Source of the DNA: Azolla caroliniana
Lineage: Eukaryota; Plantae; Polypodiophyta
Length of the DNA: 64,000 bases
Assembly: GCA_043228905.1 (NCBI GenBank)
Contig: JBHGNT010000010.1
Location: forward strand, 20,026,001 to 20,090,000
Direction of reading: 5' to 3'
The position numbers and the translations under genes were made by a program. The notes below the pieces were generated by a model. The model was not told where the DNA came from and made no database searches. It was given only the letters and a program-made list of their open reading frames with translations. Below are positions 63,404-64,000 of this stretch, in pieces. Positions within the stretch are counted from its first letter, which is position 1; each line of letters starts with the position of its first letter.

Positions 63404-64000
63404 TGTTACCCGTTCCTTTGGGTGAACACCTTCGATAGATCTGCGGCTATCGGTATTCAAGGGCGTGGTACGTGAAGGCTCGTAACAGAGGCGTCGAGAC
63501 AGAGATAGGGCTCAGAGAGAAAACACTAGCGAGGTCTTGATAGGCGTGGGCGGCGTTGAACTCATAGGTATGGATCAAAGCACAGACTCATGGAGCAAAT
63601 TGGGCACACATCAGATATATTACTATGACAGAAAAGATTACAGAACACGGCCTATGGCCGGTGACCTTACAAGTTTATCTAGTTACGAGGGACTAAGCTA
63701 GTGCTTCCGCCTATATTTTTCTTCTCCCTCTCTCTGAGGTAGTGGTCCTCGTTTAAAAAACTTTTCCCCTAATACATAACCGAGCCGTCGGTTGCCCGTG
63801 ATACTCGGACTCGGCGTTTGCTAATTCCCTCATTTTACATTTCTGTCCTCTAGACAACACCTGGCACGCCCGTGGGACAGGACCTTGTCCGTCGGACCCA
63901 CGACTTACAAAATAGTAACAATATTACAAAAATTGCCTTTTAGGCTGATCCTCGTTTCATTCCTCTTTTAAGATGTCAAGGATGTTTTCGGGGTCCGGGG
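63404..64000 (+). mobile_element. 5' LTR (63404-63859) and PBS of an unrelated tRNA-Arg-primed LTR element (Tat-like?)
   Basis: TGTT...AACA, then CC TGGCACGCCCGTGGGAC (63862-63878), resembling the complement of tRNA-Arg(UCU); interrupts the integrase at DRLGV. Confidence 0.7.

Overview
Eukaryotic, most likely land-plant (possibly non-seed plant; low confidence) heterochromatic block made entirely of nested LTR retrotransposons; no host gene is supported. Most of it belongs to one Ty3/gypsy lineage with several LTR subtypes (my labels A, B, X, Y, Z, W, T). This lineage has a tRNA-Trp PBS, ORF1 = Gag-protease, ORF2 = RT-RNaseH-integrase, and no chromodomain. Two Ty1/copia elements (one nested in the other) and the 5' LTR of a tRNA-Arg-primed element are also present. 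Most notable signals: (1) insertions of this gypsy lineage appear centred on CpG (N-C-G-N, 4-bp TSD) and nearly always take the orientation of the host element; (2) a conserved GGAUUUU-UAG -1 frameshift site after the protease, followed by a covariation-supported H-type pseudoknot; (3) a Gag-only satellite family whose capsid ORF lacks the zinc knuckle, has a repeat tail, and in one copy has LTRs carrying an antisense tRNA-like Pol III cassette. All alignments and counts were done by eye.
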